Shown: positions 30,514 to 40,847 of the stretch, piece by piece | Numbering within the stretch: the first letter of the stretch is position 1 | Layout of the letters: each line of letters starts with the position of its first letter | NCBI GenBank assembly: GCA_002084765.1 | Contig: NBMB01000012.1 | Coordinates: forward strand, 21,084 to 85,083 | Reading direction: 5' to 3' | DNA length: 64,000 nt | Source of the DNA: Candidatus Cloacimonetes bacterium 4572_55 | Lineage (GTDB): Bacteria; 4572-55 | The notes under the pieces: model-generated | Database searches by the model: none | Told to the model about the DNA's origin: nothing | The model's input: the letters and a program-made list of their open reading frames with translations, nothing else | Program-made: the position numbers and the translations under genes

Positions 30514-32430
30514 TTATCTTTTTGACTCAATTTCGTCCTTAAACATTGCGATCAAGCTATCGATTGATTTGGCTCCCAAATTCCCCTTGCCGTGTCGACG
30601 TAAAGAAGCCGTACGAGACTCGGACTCACGACCGCCCACAATCAACATGTAAGGGACCTTGTGAACTTCGGCTTCTCGAATTTTAAGATTGACTTTCTCA
30701 TTTCGATCGTCAAGCTCCGTCCGAATGTCATGCTCCAGCAGAATCTGATGAAGTTCGGACGCGTATTTATGTTGTTTATCGGTGATCGGCAATATTTTTA
30801 CCTGAACCGGAGCCAACCACATCGGAAACGCCCCAGCATAATGCTCGATCAATACACCGAAGAATCGCTCTAACGAACCCAACAACGCCCGGTGAATCAT
30901 AATGGGTCGATGCGCTTCTCCGTCGGAGCCGATATAGAAAATATCGAATCGCTCAGGTTCGTTAAAGTCAACCTGAATTGTGCTGCATTGCCAGGATCGC
31001 CCCAACACATCTTTTATTTTAATGTCAATTTTCGGTCCGTAAAAAACGCCCTCGCCCGGATCGATTTTCCAATCCAACCCTGATTTCTCTAAACCGTTAC
31101 GAAGCGCGGCTGTCGCTATGTCCCAATTTTCCACATCGCCGACGAATTTTTCAGGGCGCGTGGAGAGATAGACGTCAAATTCTACAAAACCGAATGATTT
31201 GAGCATGTATAGAGAAAAATCTAAAGCTTTCTCAATTTCCGCGTCCAATTGTTTTGGTTGGCAGAAAATATGCGCGTCGTCCTGTGTAAACCCGCGCACC
31301 CGCATCAAACCATGCAACACGCCAGAACGCTCATAACGATAAACCGTGCCTAATTCCGCCCAACGTAGGGGCAGATCTCGATAGCTACGAATATCGGTTT
31401 TGTAAATCAATAGATGGAACGGACAATTCATCGGCTTGAGTTGGTAATCAATCTCATCGATGGACATAGGCGCGTACATATTTTCTTCGTAGAAATCAAG
31501 ATGCCCGCTGGTATGCCACAAATCCCGCTTGGCGATATGGGGAGAGTTTAGCAGATCGTATCCGTTTTTCAGATGTTCTTTTTGCCAGAAGCTCTCAATT
31601 AGGTAGCGAATCAACGCGCCTTTTGGATGCCACAAAATTAGACCGCTACCCAGTTCGCTGCTGACGCTATACAGGTCTAACTGTTTGCCGAGTTTCCGAT
31701 GATCTCGGCGTTTTGCCTCTTCCAATCGCTTGAGGTGCTCATTCAACTGCGATTTTTTAGGGTAGGACGTACCGTAAATCCGTTGAAGCTGAGGATTTTG
31801 TTCGTCTCCCCGCCAATAAGCTCCGGCTATGCTGATGAGCTTAAACGCTTTGATGTATTTTGTGGTAGGAAGATGGGGACCGCGACAGAGGTCGATAAAG
31901 TCGCCTTGGGAATAAAAGGAAATCGTTTCGTTCTGCGGAATCTCGCTTAAGATTTCTACCTTATATTCTTCACCGATTGAGCGGAAGAATTCGATAGCCT
32001 CGTCTCTGGGCATCACTTTCCGTTCTATTGGCAAATTTTGTTTAACTAACTCTGCCATGCGTTTTTCGATAGCTTCCATGTCTTCCAGCGTAAAGGGACG
32101 AAAGGCAAAGTCATAGTAGAATCCGCCGTCAATCGAAGGACCGATCGTTACCTGGGCATCGGGGAACAGTTGCTTGACTGCTTGCGCCATGAGATGCGCG
32201 GAGCTATGCCAATAAATCTGTTTGCCTTCATCCGACTGAAAGGTGATTATTTCTACCTCGGCACCGTTTTCAACGCATGCGCTCAGATCAACCAACTTCC
32301 CGTTGCTTTTGGCACCAAACGCCTCTTTAGCCAACCGGTGTCCGATGCTCTTGGCAAGGTCTTTATATGTAGAGCCGGAGGCCAGTGTCCTTTTCGATCC
32401 GTCCGGCAATTTGATCTCTATTTGTTCCAT
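30514..32430 (-). CDS. thrS: threonine--tRNA ligase
   Basis: TGS, editing and class II catalytic blocks (LPLRWAELGTVYRYERSG). Confidence 0.95.
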   Translation of the reverse strand: MEQIEIKLPDGSKRTLASGSTYKDLAKSIGHRLAKEAFGAKSNGKLVDLSACVENGAEVEIITFQSDEGKQIYWHSSAHLMAQAVKQLFPDAQVTIGPSIDGGFYYDFAFRPFTLEDMEAIEKRMAELVKQNLPIERKVMPRDEAIEFFRSIGEEYKVEILSEIPQNETISFYSQGDFIDLCRGPHLPTTKYIKAFKLISIAGAYWRGDEQNPQLQRIYGTSYPKKSQLNEHLKRLEEAKRRDHRKLGKQLDLYSVSSELGSGLILWHPKGALIRYLIESFWQKEHLKNGYDLLNSPHIAKRDLWHTSGHLDFYEENMYAPMSIDEIDYQLKPMNCPFHLLIYKTDIRSYRDLPLRWAELGTVYRYERSGVLHGLMRVRGFTQDDAHIFCQPKQLDAEIEKALDFSLYMLKSFGFVEFDVYLSTRPEKFVGDVENWDIATAALRNGLEKSGLDWKIDPGEGVFYGPKIDIKIKDVLGRSWQCSTIQVDFNEPERFDIFYIGSDGEAHRPIMIHRALLGSLERFFGVLIEHYAGAFPMWLAPVQVKILPITDKQHKYASELHQILLEHDIRTELDDRNEKVNLKIREAEVHKVPYMLIVGGRESESRTASLRRHGKGNLGAKSIDSLIAMFKDEIESKR

Positions 32431-32455
32431 GTGTAATTCTTTAGGGTAAAAAAAA

Positions 32456-32532
32456 TGGTGGGCGATATTGGACTCGAACCAACGACCCCTTGCATGTCAA
32501 GCAAGTACTCTAACCAGCTGAGCTAATCGCCC
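32456..32532 (-). tRNA. tRNA-Val (anticodon GAC)
   Basis: 77-nt cloverleaf read on the minus strand with encoded CCA; anticodon loop TTGACAT; 25 nt upstream of thrS. Confidence 0.85.
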
Positions 32533-32842
32533 ACACATAAATCAAATTAAATTTTTGTTATATCTTATCAATCTAAATCTTTTTGGCATGTTGTCAAGGC
32601 TTTTTTTGAAAATTCTATCCTGTTCCGCGTGAGATTGTTCATCTGTCCCCCAGCTACCAGCACTGTTCAGGGCGAGCAAGACCATATCCTTATTGAATTA
32701 TTTTCGTAAATTTTGAATCATTTATCAATTATTAGCGTGAATTCATGTTTTTTCTGAAGAACATGCTTATTTTTCCCCTTTTGATCACACACTTTATTAT
32801 AGTCGTAAACGGCATGAACTATCCCCATTCATGCCGCTTTTT

Positions 32843-33187
32843 CTATAACAGTCCCAGATCAAATCGGGCGGCTTCACTCATCATATCTTGGCTCCAGGGC
32901 GGATCCCAGACCACCTCGACGCGCGCGTCTTTCACTTCCGGCACCGTTTGGACCTTATTTTCGATAAACAGCGGCATCGATATAGCGACCGGACAAGCTG
33001 GCGTTGTGAGCGTCATCTTCACGGTCACATAGCGATCGTCGTCGATATCGATGCTATAAATGAGCCCCAATTCATAGATATCGACTGGTATCTCCGGATC
33101 ATAGCAGGTCTTAATCGCTTTGATAATATCTTGCTCAAGCTCTCTTTTATCCTTCATTTTTATTTCCTTTTTCCGGCAATAGCTCAT
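32843..33187 (-). CDS. sufT: Fe-S assembly protein SufT-like (DUF59 / MIP18 family)
   Basis: DUF59 blocks CYDPEIPVDIYELGLIY and TTPACP; last gene of the suf operon. Confidence 0.7.
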   Translation of the reverse strand: MSYCRKKEIKMKDKRELEQDIIKAIKTCYDPEIPVDIYELGLIYSIDIDDDRYVTVKMTLTTPACPVAISMPLFIENKVQTVPEVKDARVEVVWDPPWSQDMMSEAARFDLGLL

Positions 33188-33196
33188 AAAACGGCG

Positions 33197-33646
33197 TCAT
33201 TCTGAGGTGGCTCTATCTTTCTTTTTCAGAGAGGCTTCCAAGGCGTGCCAGACCAAAGTCGCGCACTTGACCCTTACCGGAAATTCTCGAACTCCTGCGA
33301 ACACCGCCAATTTTCCGAGTCCCTCAAAGTTGATCTCCATTCCCGGTTTTTGAGTCACCATCTCTTGAAAACGATGAAAAAGCGACTCTGCCTCTTCCAC
33401 AGTTTTGGATTTCAAAGCATCGGTCATCAGCGACGCTGCGGCTTTAGAGATCGCACAGCCGTGTCCCTGGAAACAAATATCCTCGATCCGACCCTCTTTT
33501 ACAACCAGATAGAGATGAACCTCATCTCCACAAAGCGGATTGTATCCTTTCGCGTCGTGTGTCGCAAAGTCTATCTTGCGAAAATTACGCGGGTCATTAT
33601 TATGATCCAGGATTACCTCCTGATACAACTCTCTCAAATCTTCCAC
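33197..33646 (-). CDS. sufU: Fe-S cluster scaffold / sulfur-acceptor SufU (NifU/IscU-like)
   Basis: Conserved Cys ligand blocks PLCGDEV and GHGCAISKA. Confidence 0.8.
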   Translation of the reverse strand: MEDLRELYQEVILDHNNDPRNFRKIDFATHDAKGYNPLCGDEVHLYLVVKEGRIEDICFQGHGCAISKAAASLMTDALKSKTVEEAESLFHRFQEMVTQKPGMEINFEGLGKLAVFAGVREFPVRVKCATLVWHALEASLKKKDRATSE

Positions 33647-33664
33647 AATATCGCCCCTCCGAAT

Positions 33665-34921
33665 CTAAAAAAACATTTTGAAAACTTTATCGATCCCTAT
33701 CATAAATCGGTCGATATCTTCCGTCGTATTATAGAATGATAGCGAAATTCGGGACGTTCCCGGAATACCGAAGCGTGACATCAGCGGCTGAGTGCAGTGA
33801 TGACCCGTGCGTATGGCAATGCCTTCGTGATCCAAAATAGTCCCGATATCATGTGGATGCGCTTTATCCGAAATAAAGGAAATGGTCGAAGATTTGCGCG
33901 CAGCCTTGCCAATAATCTTGACCGACTTGATCGTTGACATAGCGTCGGTAGCGTATCTCAGAAGACCTTGTTCATAGGGTTCGATATTCTCAAAACCGAG
34001 ACTGTCCAGATAATCGATCGCGGCTCCAAGACCGATCACTCCGGAAATATTAGGAGTCCCTGCCTCAAATCGATGTGGAAGCTCATTATAAATCGTCTTT
34101 TCAAATGAGACAGACAAGATCATATCCCCGCCGCCTTGATAGGGAGGCAAGGTCGAAAGCAACTCCTGTTTGCCGTATAATACGCCAACGCCGGTCGGAG
34201 CGCACATCTTATGCCCGGAAAAAGCATAAAAATCGCAGTCCAAGTCCAACACGTCTATCGCTGTGTGAGAAGTCGCCTGAGCACCGTCCACCAACACTCG
34301 CGCGCCATGTCGATGCGCAGCCTCAACCATCTGCTTTATCGGGTTTATCGTTCCTAACGAATTCGAGATATGAATCACGCTCACCAACTTTGTGCGATGG
34401 TTCAGCAATTTTTCATATTCCTCCAACATCAGCTCTCCATTGTCGTTGACCGGAATCACACGCAGGCGAGCACCGATCCGGTCACACAGAAGTTGCCACG
34501 GCACAATATTAGAATGATGCTCCAGATGCGAGATAAGAATCTCGTCCCCTTCACGGATATATTTTTGACCAAAGCTCGCGGCGACCAGATTGATCGCGCC
34601 TGTGGTTCCGCTACAGAAAACGATTTCCTTTGTCGAATCTGCATTGATAAAGTGCCGAACCTTTTCCCGGGACGCCTCGAAAGCATCCGTAGCCGCCTGA
34701 CTCAGATGATGCACGCCTCGATGAATATTCGCGTTAATCGTGCGATAATAATTCTCCACCGCCTGGATCACGGCACTTGGCTTCTGGGAAGTCGCGGCAT
34801 GATCAAAATAGACCAGCGGTTTCCCATTGATCTCTTGGTGCAACGTAGGAAAATCTCGGCGGATCGACTCGACGTCCAGTCCAGTCGAATTCGGGCTGTT
34901 TTTCTTTATATCCATAATCAC
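33665..34921 (-). CDS. sufS: cysteine desulfurase SufS
   Basis: Class-V aminotransferase; PLP-lysine block SGHKMCAPTG; C-terminal catalytic Cys region HHCTQP. Confidence 0.9.
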   Translation of the reverse strand: MIMDIKKNSPNSTGLDVESIRRDFPTLHQEINGKPLVYFDHAATSQKPSAVIQAVENYYRTINANIHRGVHHLSQAATDAFEASREKVRHFINADSTKEIVFCSGTTGAINLVAASFGQKYIREGDEILISHLEHHSNIVPWQLLCDRIGARLRVIPVNDNGELMLEEYEKLLNHRTKLVSVIHISNSLGTINPIKQMVEAAHRHGARVLVDGAQATSHTAIDVLDLDCDFYAFSGHKMCAPTGVGVLYGKQELLSTLPPYQGGGDMILSVSFEKTIYNELPHRFEAGTPNISGVIGLGAAIDYLDSLGFENIEPYEQGLLRYATDAMSTIKSVKIIGKAARKSSTISFISDKAHPHDIGTILDHEGIAIRTGHHCTQPLMSRFGIPGTSRISLSFYNTTEDIDRFMIGIDKVFKMFF

Positions 34922-34937
34922 CGTTCTCCAAAATTTA

Positions 34938-36251
34938 TCAATTTACATGTTCCTTGAATCTTTCCATCACTATTTCCTCGACGCGCTGTCGAGCGGTTTT
35001 GTTTCCGATGTGAGCAAGCACATCTTGAGCAAACGCATAGCGCAACATCGCGTGCGCATTCTCCTCGCTGATTCCACGCGTACGCATGTAGAACAGTGCC
35101 TCTTCGTCAAGCTCTCCGACCGTAGCTCCGTGACTACATTTGACGTCGTCGGCAAAAATTTTCAGGTGAGGTTTGGAATTTATTTTCGCATCTTGCGATA
35201 ACAAAAGAGTTTGGTTTTGTTGAAACGCTTTTGTTTTTTGCGCGTCTTTCCTGACCAAAACCTTGCCGCTAAAAACGCCGACAGCATGGTCGCTCAGGAC
35301 CCCTTTGTATAACTCAGCACTTTGACAATGGGGTTTTGCGTGATCAATAAATGTATGATTATCAACTAATTGACTGCCTCTTGCCAAGTAAAATCCATAC
35401 AGATTCGTCTCAATGCCCTCCGCGTCCAAGAGCACATTCAAGTCGTTTCTCGACAGCGATCCGCCCAAATCGATAGCGACCGAAGAGTAGAGGCTTCCCC
35501 GACTTTGACACACCTGTCGCGCGGCAATATGAAACGCTTGCTCATCCTCGGATTGAATCTTCAGATGCTCGACTCGGGCGTTATTGCCCAGGATAATCTC
35601 CGACGCGCAGTTGTTCAGATATGGGGATTTTCGCAGACTATGATAGCTTTCGATCAATTGAATCCGGCTATTGCGTCCCATAATAAAAAGGTGTCGGGGA
35701 TACGCGGTCGCGCGCTCATTATCCGACAGATGCAGGAGGTGGATCGGCTTCTCAACAATCGTGTGATCCGGCACATAAATAAAGATGCCGTCCGTCGCGA
35801 ACGCGGTGTTCAACGCGACAAACGCGCTGTTTTGAAAGCCGAGATGTTTTGCCAAATGCGTATCTACCAGATCTGCACGTGTCTCAGCGGCATGCGCCAG
35901 ACTGCAAGCGATTATTTCTTCGGAAATCCGGCTTAACTTCCTGTCAAATCGACCGTTGACGCAGACAACGAAATTCTCCTCATCGCCAAGAAGGAGAAAC
36001 GGGTCGATCGCCTCCTTCTTGAGCGAAACCGCCTCAGCAGTCTCGAATTGGCAGGAAAACAGCGAACGAATATCGGTATGTTTCCACTTTTCGTGACGTT
36101 TTGTTGGAAATCCGATCTCGGCAAATCGTGCCATTGCCGTGTCTCGGGTCCCGTTCAGGAGCCGCTGTTTTTTCAGATCGTCCCTTAATCTATCGAATTC
36201 CGAAGCGATCCTTGACAGATATAATGATTTAGCTCTATTATGATCTTTCAT
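34938..36251 (-). CDS. sufD: Fe-S cluster assembly protein SufD
   Basis: 437 aa, SufB/SufD-family beta-helix blocks, position between sufC and sufS. Confidence 0.85.
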   Translation of the reverse strand: MKDHNRAKSLYLSRIASEFDRLRDDLKKQRLLNGTRDTAMARFAEIGFPTKRHEKWKHTDIRSLFSCQFETAEAVSLKKEAIDPFLLLGDEENFVVCVNGRFDRKLSRISEEIIACSLAHAAETRADLVDTHLAKHLGFQNSAFVALNTAFATDGIFIYVPDHTIVEKPIHLLHLSDNERATAYPRHLFIMGRNSRIQLIESYHSLRKSPYLNNCASEIILGNNARVEHLKIQSEDEQAFHIAARQVCQSRGSLYSSVAIDLGGSLSRNDLNVLLDAEGIETNLYGFYLARGSQLVDNHTFIDHAKPHCQSAELYKGVLSDHAVGVFSGKVLVRKDAQKTKAFQQNQTLLLSQDAKINSKPHLKIFADDVKCSHGATVGELDEEALFYMRTRGISEENAHAMLRYAFAQDVLAHIGNKTARQRVEEIVMERFKEHVN

Positions 36252-36253
36252 CT

Positions 36254-37015
36254 TTAATTTACTCTTTTCTTGCTTTTTATCGCCCAGTCATAGCCATGTT
36301 TTTCAAGATGAAGAGCCAACTCCTTGCCGCCGGATTCGACAATTCTCCCCTTTACCAATACATGGACAAAATCCGGCGCAATATAGTCCAACAACCGTTG
36401 GTAGTGTGTGATTAAAACAACGCCGTTTTCCTTAGTATGAAAGCGATTAACGCCGTTCGCCACAATCTTCAGCGCGTCGATATCCAGCCCGGAATCCGTC
36501 TCGTCCAAAACCGCCAATCTTGGATTCAACATACTTAGTTGAAACACCTCGTTGCGTTTTTTTTCTCCTCCGGAAAATCCGTCGTTGACCGAACGCCGGA
36601 GAAATTTCGAGTCCATGTCCAGCATTTTCATCTTATCTTTGGCGAGAGTCAAAAACTCCATAGCATCGATTTTGGATAAGCCATGATACGCCCGAATATC
36701 GTTCACCGCACTCTTTAGAAAATTGGCGATAGATACTCCAGGAATTTCCACAGGGTATTGAAAAGCCAAAAAAAGTCCTTGGCAAGCCCGCTCTTCGGTT
36801 GACATATCCAGCAAATTTTTTCCGTCAAACAAGACCTCTCCGCCCGTCGCTTCATATCCTTCTCGACCTGAAAGAAGATTCGCCAGCGTGCTTTTCCCGG
36901 AACCGTTCGGTCCCATAATAGCGTGAACCTCGCCCCGATTCACTTTCAAATTGATCCCTTTCAGGATTTCAGTATCCTTAACCGACGCTCGTAACTCTTT
37001 AATTTTTAATAACAT
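36254..37015 (-). CDS. sufC: Fe-S cluster assembly ATPase SufC
   Basis: ABC ATPase: Walker A GPNGSGKST, signature FSGGEKKR, Walker B AVLDETDSGLD. Confidence 0.95.
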   Translation of the reverse strand: MLLKIKELRASVKDTEILKGINLKVNRGEVHAIMGPNGSGKSTLANLLSGREGYEATGGEVLFDGKNLLDMSTEERACQGLFLAFQYPVEIPGVSIANFLKSAVNDIRAYHGLSKIDAMEFLTLAKDKMKMLDMDSKFLRRSVNDGFSGGEKKRNEVFQLSMLNPRLAVLDETDSGLDIDALKIVANGVNRFHTKENGVVLITHYQRLLDYIAPDFVHVLVKGRIVESGGKELALHLEKHGYDWAIKSKKRVN

Positions 37016-37060
37016 ATTAAATTTTTCCGATTTTAAACCTAATTTTTATAAACAACAAGA

Positions 37061-38536
37061 TCACCCTACGCTACCTTCTAAACTCACTGCCAGAAGATTT
37101 TGCGCTTCCACCGCGAACTCCATCGGCAGTTCTCGAAATACCTCTTTACAATAGCCGTTTACAATCAGACTAATAGCGTCTTCGGTAGATATCCCCCGTT
37201 GATTGCAATAGAATATTTGGTCTTCTCCGACCTTTGAGGTCGTGGCTTCATGCTCTACCTTTGCCGTTGGATTATTGACCTCAATATAAGGAAACGTGTG
37301 CGCGCCGCATTGATCCCCGATCAACAGCGAGTCGCACTGAGAAAAATTTCTAGCGTTTTTCGCGTTTTTTGCCACCTTCACCAATCCCCGATAAGAATTT
37401 TGGCTATATCCTGCGGAAACCCCCTTAGAAATAATCGTGCTATGCGTATTTTCCCCCAGATGAATCATTTTTGTGCCGGTATCAGCCTGCTGATAATTAT
37501 TCGTCACCGCGACCGAATAGAATTCACCGATAGAGCGATCTCCTTTTAAGATCACGCTGGGATATTTCCATGTAATCGCAGACCCAGTTTCCACTTGGGT
37601 CCAGGAAATTTTGGCGTTTTTATGGCATATTCCCCGTTTGGTGACAAAATTATAAATTCCTCCCCGACCCTTTTCATCTCCGGGGTACCAGTTCTGGACA
37701 GTCGAGTATTTTACCTCAGCGTCTTTGTGAGAAACGATCTCCACCACCGCGGCGTGCAACTGATTTTCATCCCGCATCGGAGCGGTGCATCCCTCCAGAT
37801 AGCTGACATACGCGCCCTCTTCCGCTACAATCAAGGTGCGCTCAAACTGACCCGTATTCGCAGTATTTATGCGGAAATAGGTGGATAATTCCATGGGACA
37901 GCGGACGCCCTTGGGAATATAACAGAACGACCCGTCGCTGAACACTGCCGAGTTTAACGCAGCATAAAAGTTATCCGTATAGGGAACCACAGTGCCCATA
38001 TATTTTCGTATCAGTTCCGGATGATTTCGGATCGCTTCGGAGAAAGAGCAAAAAATAATGCCCAGTTTGGACAGATCTTTTTTAAACGTAGTCGCAACCG
38101 AGGCACTGTCCATAATCGCATCGACCGCTACGCCGCTGATACGTTTCTGCTCTTCAATCGAAATGCCTAGCTTATCAAAAGTTGCCCTCAGCTTTGGGTC
38201 CACCTCGTCGAGACTGTCCAATTTCGCCTTCTTTTTCGGCGCGGCATAATAGATAATATCCTGAAAATCGATAGCGGAATACGAGACGTGAGGCCACGTC
38301 GGCTCGATCATACTCAGCCAATGGCGATACGCGCGCAACCGCCATTCCAACATAAATTCCGGCTCGTTCTTCTTTGCCGAGATCATCCTGACCACGTCCT
38401 CGCTCAATCCTTTGGGGATCGTATCGGTCTCAATATCGGACGTAAATCCATATTTATAATCCGATTTTGTGATCCGTTTCAAGGTCTCTTGCTGATCCTT
38501 GGATCCAAATTTTCCCTCATAATCATCTTTTTGCAT
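37061..38536 (-). CDS. sufB: Fe-S cluster assembly protein SufB
   Basis: 491 aa with SufB-type blocks; first structural gene of the operon. Confidence 0.95.
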   Translation of the reverse strand: MQKDDYEGKFGSKDQQETLKRITKSDYKYGFTSDIETDTIPKGLSEDVVRMISAKKNEPEFMLEWRLRAYRHWLSMIEPTWPHVSYSAIDFQDIIYYAAPKKKAKLDSLDEVDPKLRATFDKLGISIEEQKRISGVAVDAIMDSASVATTFKKDLSKLGIIFCSFSEAIRNHPELIRKYMGTVVPYTDNFYAALNSAVFSDGSFCYIPKGVRCPMELSTYFRINTANTGQFERTLIVAEEGAYVSYLEGCTAPMRDENQLHAAVVEIVSHKDAEVKYSTVQNWYPGDEKGRGGIYNFVTKRGICHKNAKISWTQVETGSAITWKYPSVILKGDRSIGEFYSVAVTNNYQQADTGTKMIHLGENTHSTIISKGVSAGYSQNSYRGLVKVAKNAKNARNFSQCDSLLIGDQCGAHTFPYIEVNNPTAKVEHEATTSKVGEDQIFYCNQRGISTEDAISLIVNGYCKEVFRELPMEFAVEAQNLLAVSLEGSVG

Positions 38537-38580
38537 TTTTCGCCCTTTTTACCGAAATTCTTAAATGAATCACGACAATA

Positions 38581-38944
38581 TCAAATTTTTGGTTTTTTTA
38601 CATCCGATAGAAACATCTTTTTCAAATAATTAATGAGCTCTTGCTGAATACCCACCATCATTGTTTGGATATTGCAATTATCGTGTCGATTACAGGCGCG
38701 GTCTCTCTCCTCCTCGCACAGACAATATACCAAGCCGACCGGTCCGTCAATCGCGGATAAAATTGAATAGAGGCTGATCCGCCCCGGGTCATTTTCTTTT
38801 AGACAATAACCGCCCTTTACGCCCTGCACGGAATTGAGCAGACCTTTTTTTTTGAGCGCCTGCATTACTTTACCCAAAATCTCTTTCCGTCAAGTCAACC
38901 ATGACGATCAGTGCATATTCGAACCGTTTGCTAAATTTTAACAT
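38581..38944 (-). pseudogene. Rrf2-family (IscR/SufR-like) regulator, apparently disrupted
   Basis: C-terminal part (KKKGLLNSVQGVKGGY, three-Cys cluster) is in ORF 38581..38877. An Rrf2-like N-terminus MLKFSKRFEYALIVMVDL is encoded from 38944 in a different frame and stops at 38870. About 19 aa of the expected helix-turn-helix is missing. Confidence 0.5.
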
Positions 38945-39146
38945 CTATCGTATCCAATACCGGACTCATTTTGTCGTATTTACAAGGAGTGCTTACGACC
39001 CATGAATATGCTATGTTCCCGAAATCTTATATATTTTTTGGTGGACTCTGGACAGCTGAACAGAACCCTAAACTCCCATCAGCGGCTTGATTTTTCTTTT
39101 GACAAAAAGATAGCCGAAATGAGCCTATATTTCAACAACAATATAG

Positions 39147-39761
39147 CTACAAAAACCACCCGGATAACTGCAAATAACACCGTTTTTCCGCATCTGGTTC
39201 GTCGTGTGGGTGCCACCAACGGCAGAGCGAGACACGCAGCAACGCGCCTGCGGGGATTTCTGGGATCGAGTCCGCCACGCCGACATATGACAGATTCATT
39301 TCGTGGGATTTCAGAGAATATCGAGTGCGACCGCGAGCGTTGGTATACAGGATGAGCTCCTCGTCTGGCTGCCAGAATGCGACGCTTTGTTCTGGAATAC
39401 CATTTTTTTCAGAGATATAGAGACTGCCTCCGCGAGATCGATTCAGCATGCCATGAAAAAGTGTGTCGGGACCCCCGGAACTGATCTGCACGCGGTTCTG
39501 CAACGTTTGTTTAAGATCCCGCGCCCGACCCAGATATTCGCTATGGTAAACGATCACATCCTCCACATGTGGAGGAAACTTTTCTTCCTGCGACGGTGAA
39601 AAGTCCATGTCCCACACCTGACCGACCTCATATTTGGTCGTTATCGGCTGATTTTTGCATCCGGGCTTCATCAGTCGAATATTTTTATTGGTATCCTTAG
39701 CCAGAGCTCCCACACAAAATTTTCCGACCATGTGGGTTTTAGCGACAATGAGAACTCTCAT
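39147..39761 (-). CDS. hypothetical protein (204 aa), last gene of the ATPase/DUF488 operon
   Basis: Start ATG at 39759-39761 overlaps the upstream stop by 4 nt (ATGA). The ORF track extends to 39854 but that part overlaps the upstream gene. No recognisable motif. Confidence 0.55.
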   Translation of the reverse strand: MRVLIVAKTHMVGKFCVGALAKDTNKNIRLMKPGCKNQPITTKYEVGQVWDMDFSPSQEEKFPPHVEDVIVYHSEYLGRARDLKQTLQNRVQISSGGPDTLFHGMLNRSRGGSLYISEKNGIPEQSVAFWQPDEELILYTNARGRTRYSLKSHEMNLSYVGVADSIPEIPAGALLRVSLCRWWHPHDEPDAEKRCYLQLSGWFL

Positions 39762-40246
39762 GGCAAAATATGCTCCGTGTGTATGTTCAAATCCATTTCT
39801 AAACGGTCTGTAATGAGAGACCGGTGACATGCTTTCGGATCTTGTTCCACACAAAATAGAACAACAACGAGATCGTGGATCCCAAAGCTATCAACAAATT
39901 TTTGCGCGTTAAAGTCAGTGAGACACGCGGCGTTATAGGCTTTGATAAAAGCAGGGCTGAGCGCGGCTCGATTCCGTTTTGTTATTTTTTGGCACTGGTC
40001 GTCCGCCCGTTGCACATCACGAATCGCGTTGTTGGGTGCCAGGTCTTTGCGATGGATGTAGCCTATGCCTAATGCTTTCAGTTTTTTTTGTAAGTAGATA
40101 CTGTTGACAAAGGCATACTTTGCCCCGCGCATGCCTCGACGATACCGAATGTCGCAAAACAGACCCACGTTATGCCGAATCAGGGCGTCGAAAAAAGTGG
40201 ATTCGTCAAAGCCATACACGCCAATAGTCATAAATTTCAATATCAT
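39758..40246 (-). CDS. DUF488-like protein (divergent paralog)
   Basis: N-terminal MTIGVYGF...CDIRYRRG and shared C-terminal CHRS motif; 4-nt overlap with the upstream gene. Confidence 0.6.
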   Translation of the reverse strand: MILKFMTIGVYGFDESTFFDALIRHNVGLFCDIRYRRGMRGAKYAFVNSIYLQKKLKALGIGYIHRKDLAPNNAIRDVQRADDQCQKITKRNRAALSPAFIKAYNAACLTDFNAQKFVDSFGIHDLVVVLFCVEQDPKACHRSLITDRLEMDLNIHTEHILP

Positions 40247-40812
40247 AATTTCCTCTTATTTTTGCGATAGGATTTCACAGAGCCAAACGTGTGGCCAAAC
40301 AAACCCTGTTGCCCTCCAGTTAGTCGCCGCATCACCTCTGACTGGCTTTTGAGTTCCCCCAGCTCATCAATGTGCCGCACGTCAATTCCGTTCTGAACCA
40401 GTGTTTCACTGATCAACTTACTCCGATGACACTGCTCTGGTTTGAGTTCGGAACACATCAAGGCGACCCGATATTTTTTGTCCAGCGCAGTTGCGAGGCG
40501 AGAAATACCGTCACGATAAAAAGGAGCTCGGCTCAGCTTGGCATAATCGATTTTCTCATTGGTAAAATATTTCATATCATCGGGTTTACCGCCCAACTGC
40601 CGCCCTATAAACAGATACCCGACGCCGTTTTCCTTCAGACGCCTTTCCAATTTAATTTTTGAAAAGTCCTCATTAAACGCGGAAAACGGCGCAGATCGAA
40701 CGTCTGCCACATAGTCGATTCCATAGCATTTTATCAGAGCTATAAAATCGCCAATAGCGCGGTTGCCGTATCCAATAGTATAGATACTGTTCAGGGTATT
40801 CGGTTCGGTCAT
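40243..40812 (-). CDS. DUF488-family protein (YeaO-like)
   Basis: Hallmark N-terminus TIGYGNR...VADVRSAPFS, GVGYLFIGRQLGG, and CHRS motif. Confidence 0.7.
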   Translation of the reverse strand: MTEPNTLNSIYTIGYGNRAIGDFIALIKCYGIDYVADVRSAPFSAFNEDFSKIKLERRLKENGVGYLFIGRQLGGKPDDMKYFTNEKIDYAKLSRAPFYRDGISRLATALDKKYRVALMCSELKPEQCHRSKLISETLVQNGIDVRHIDELGELKSQSEVMRRLTGGQQGLFGHTFGSVKSYRKNKRKL

Positions 40813-40847
40813 TGGATCAAAAGAATGTTTGGAATTTAGGCTTTCAC

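Noticed and set aside
32431-32456. Possible T-box or tRNA-like leader ahead of thrS
   Set aside because: The tRNA-Val gene lies 25 nt upstream of thrS, leaving no room for a T-box; tRNA-Val and thrS are probably just co-transcribed.
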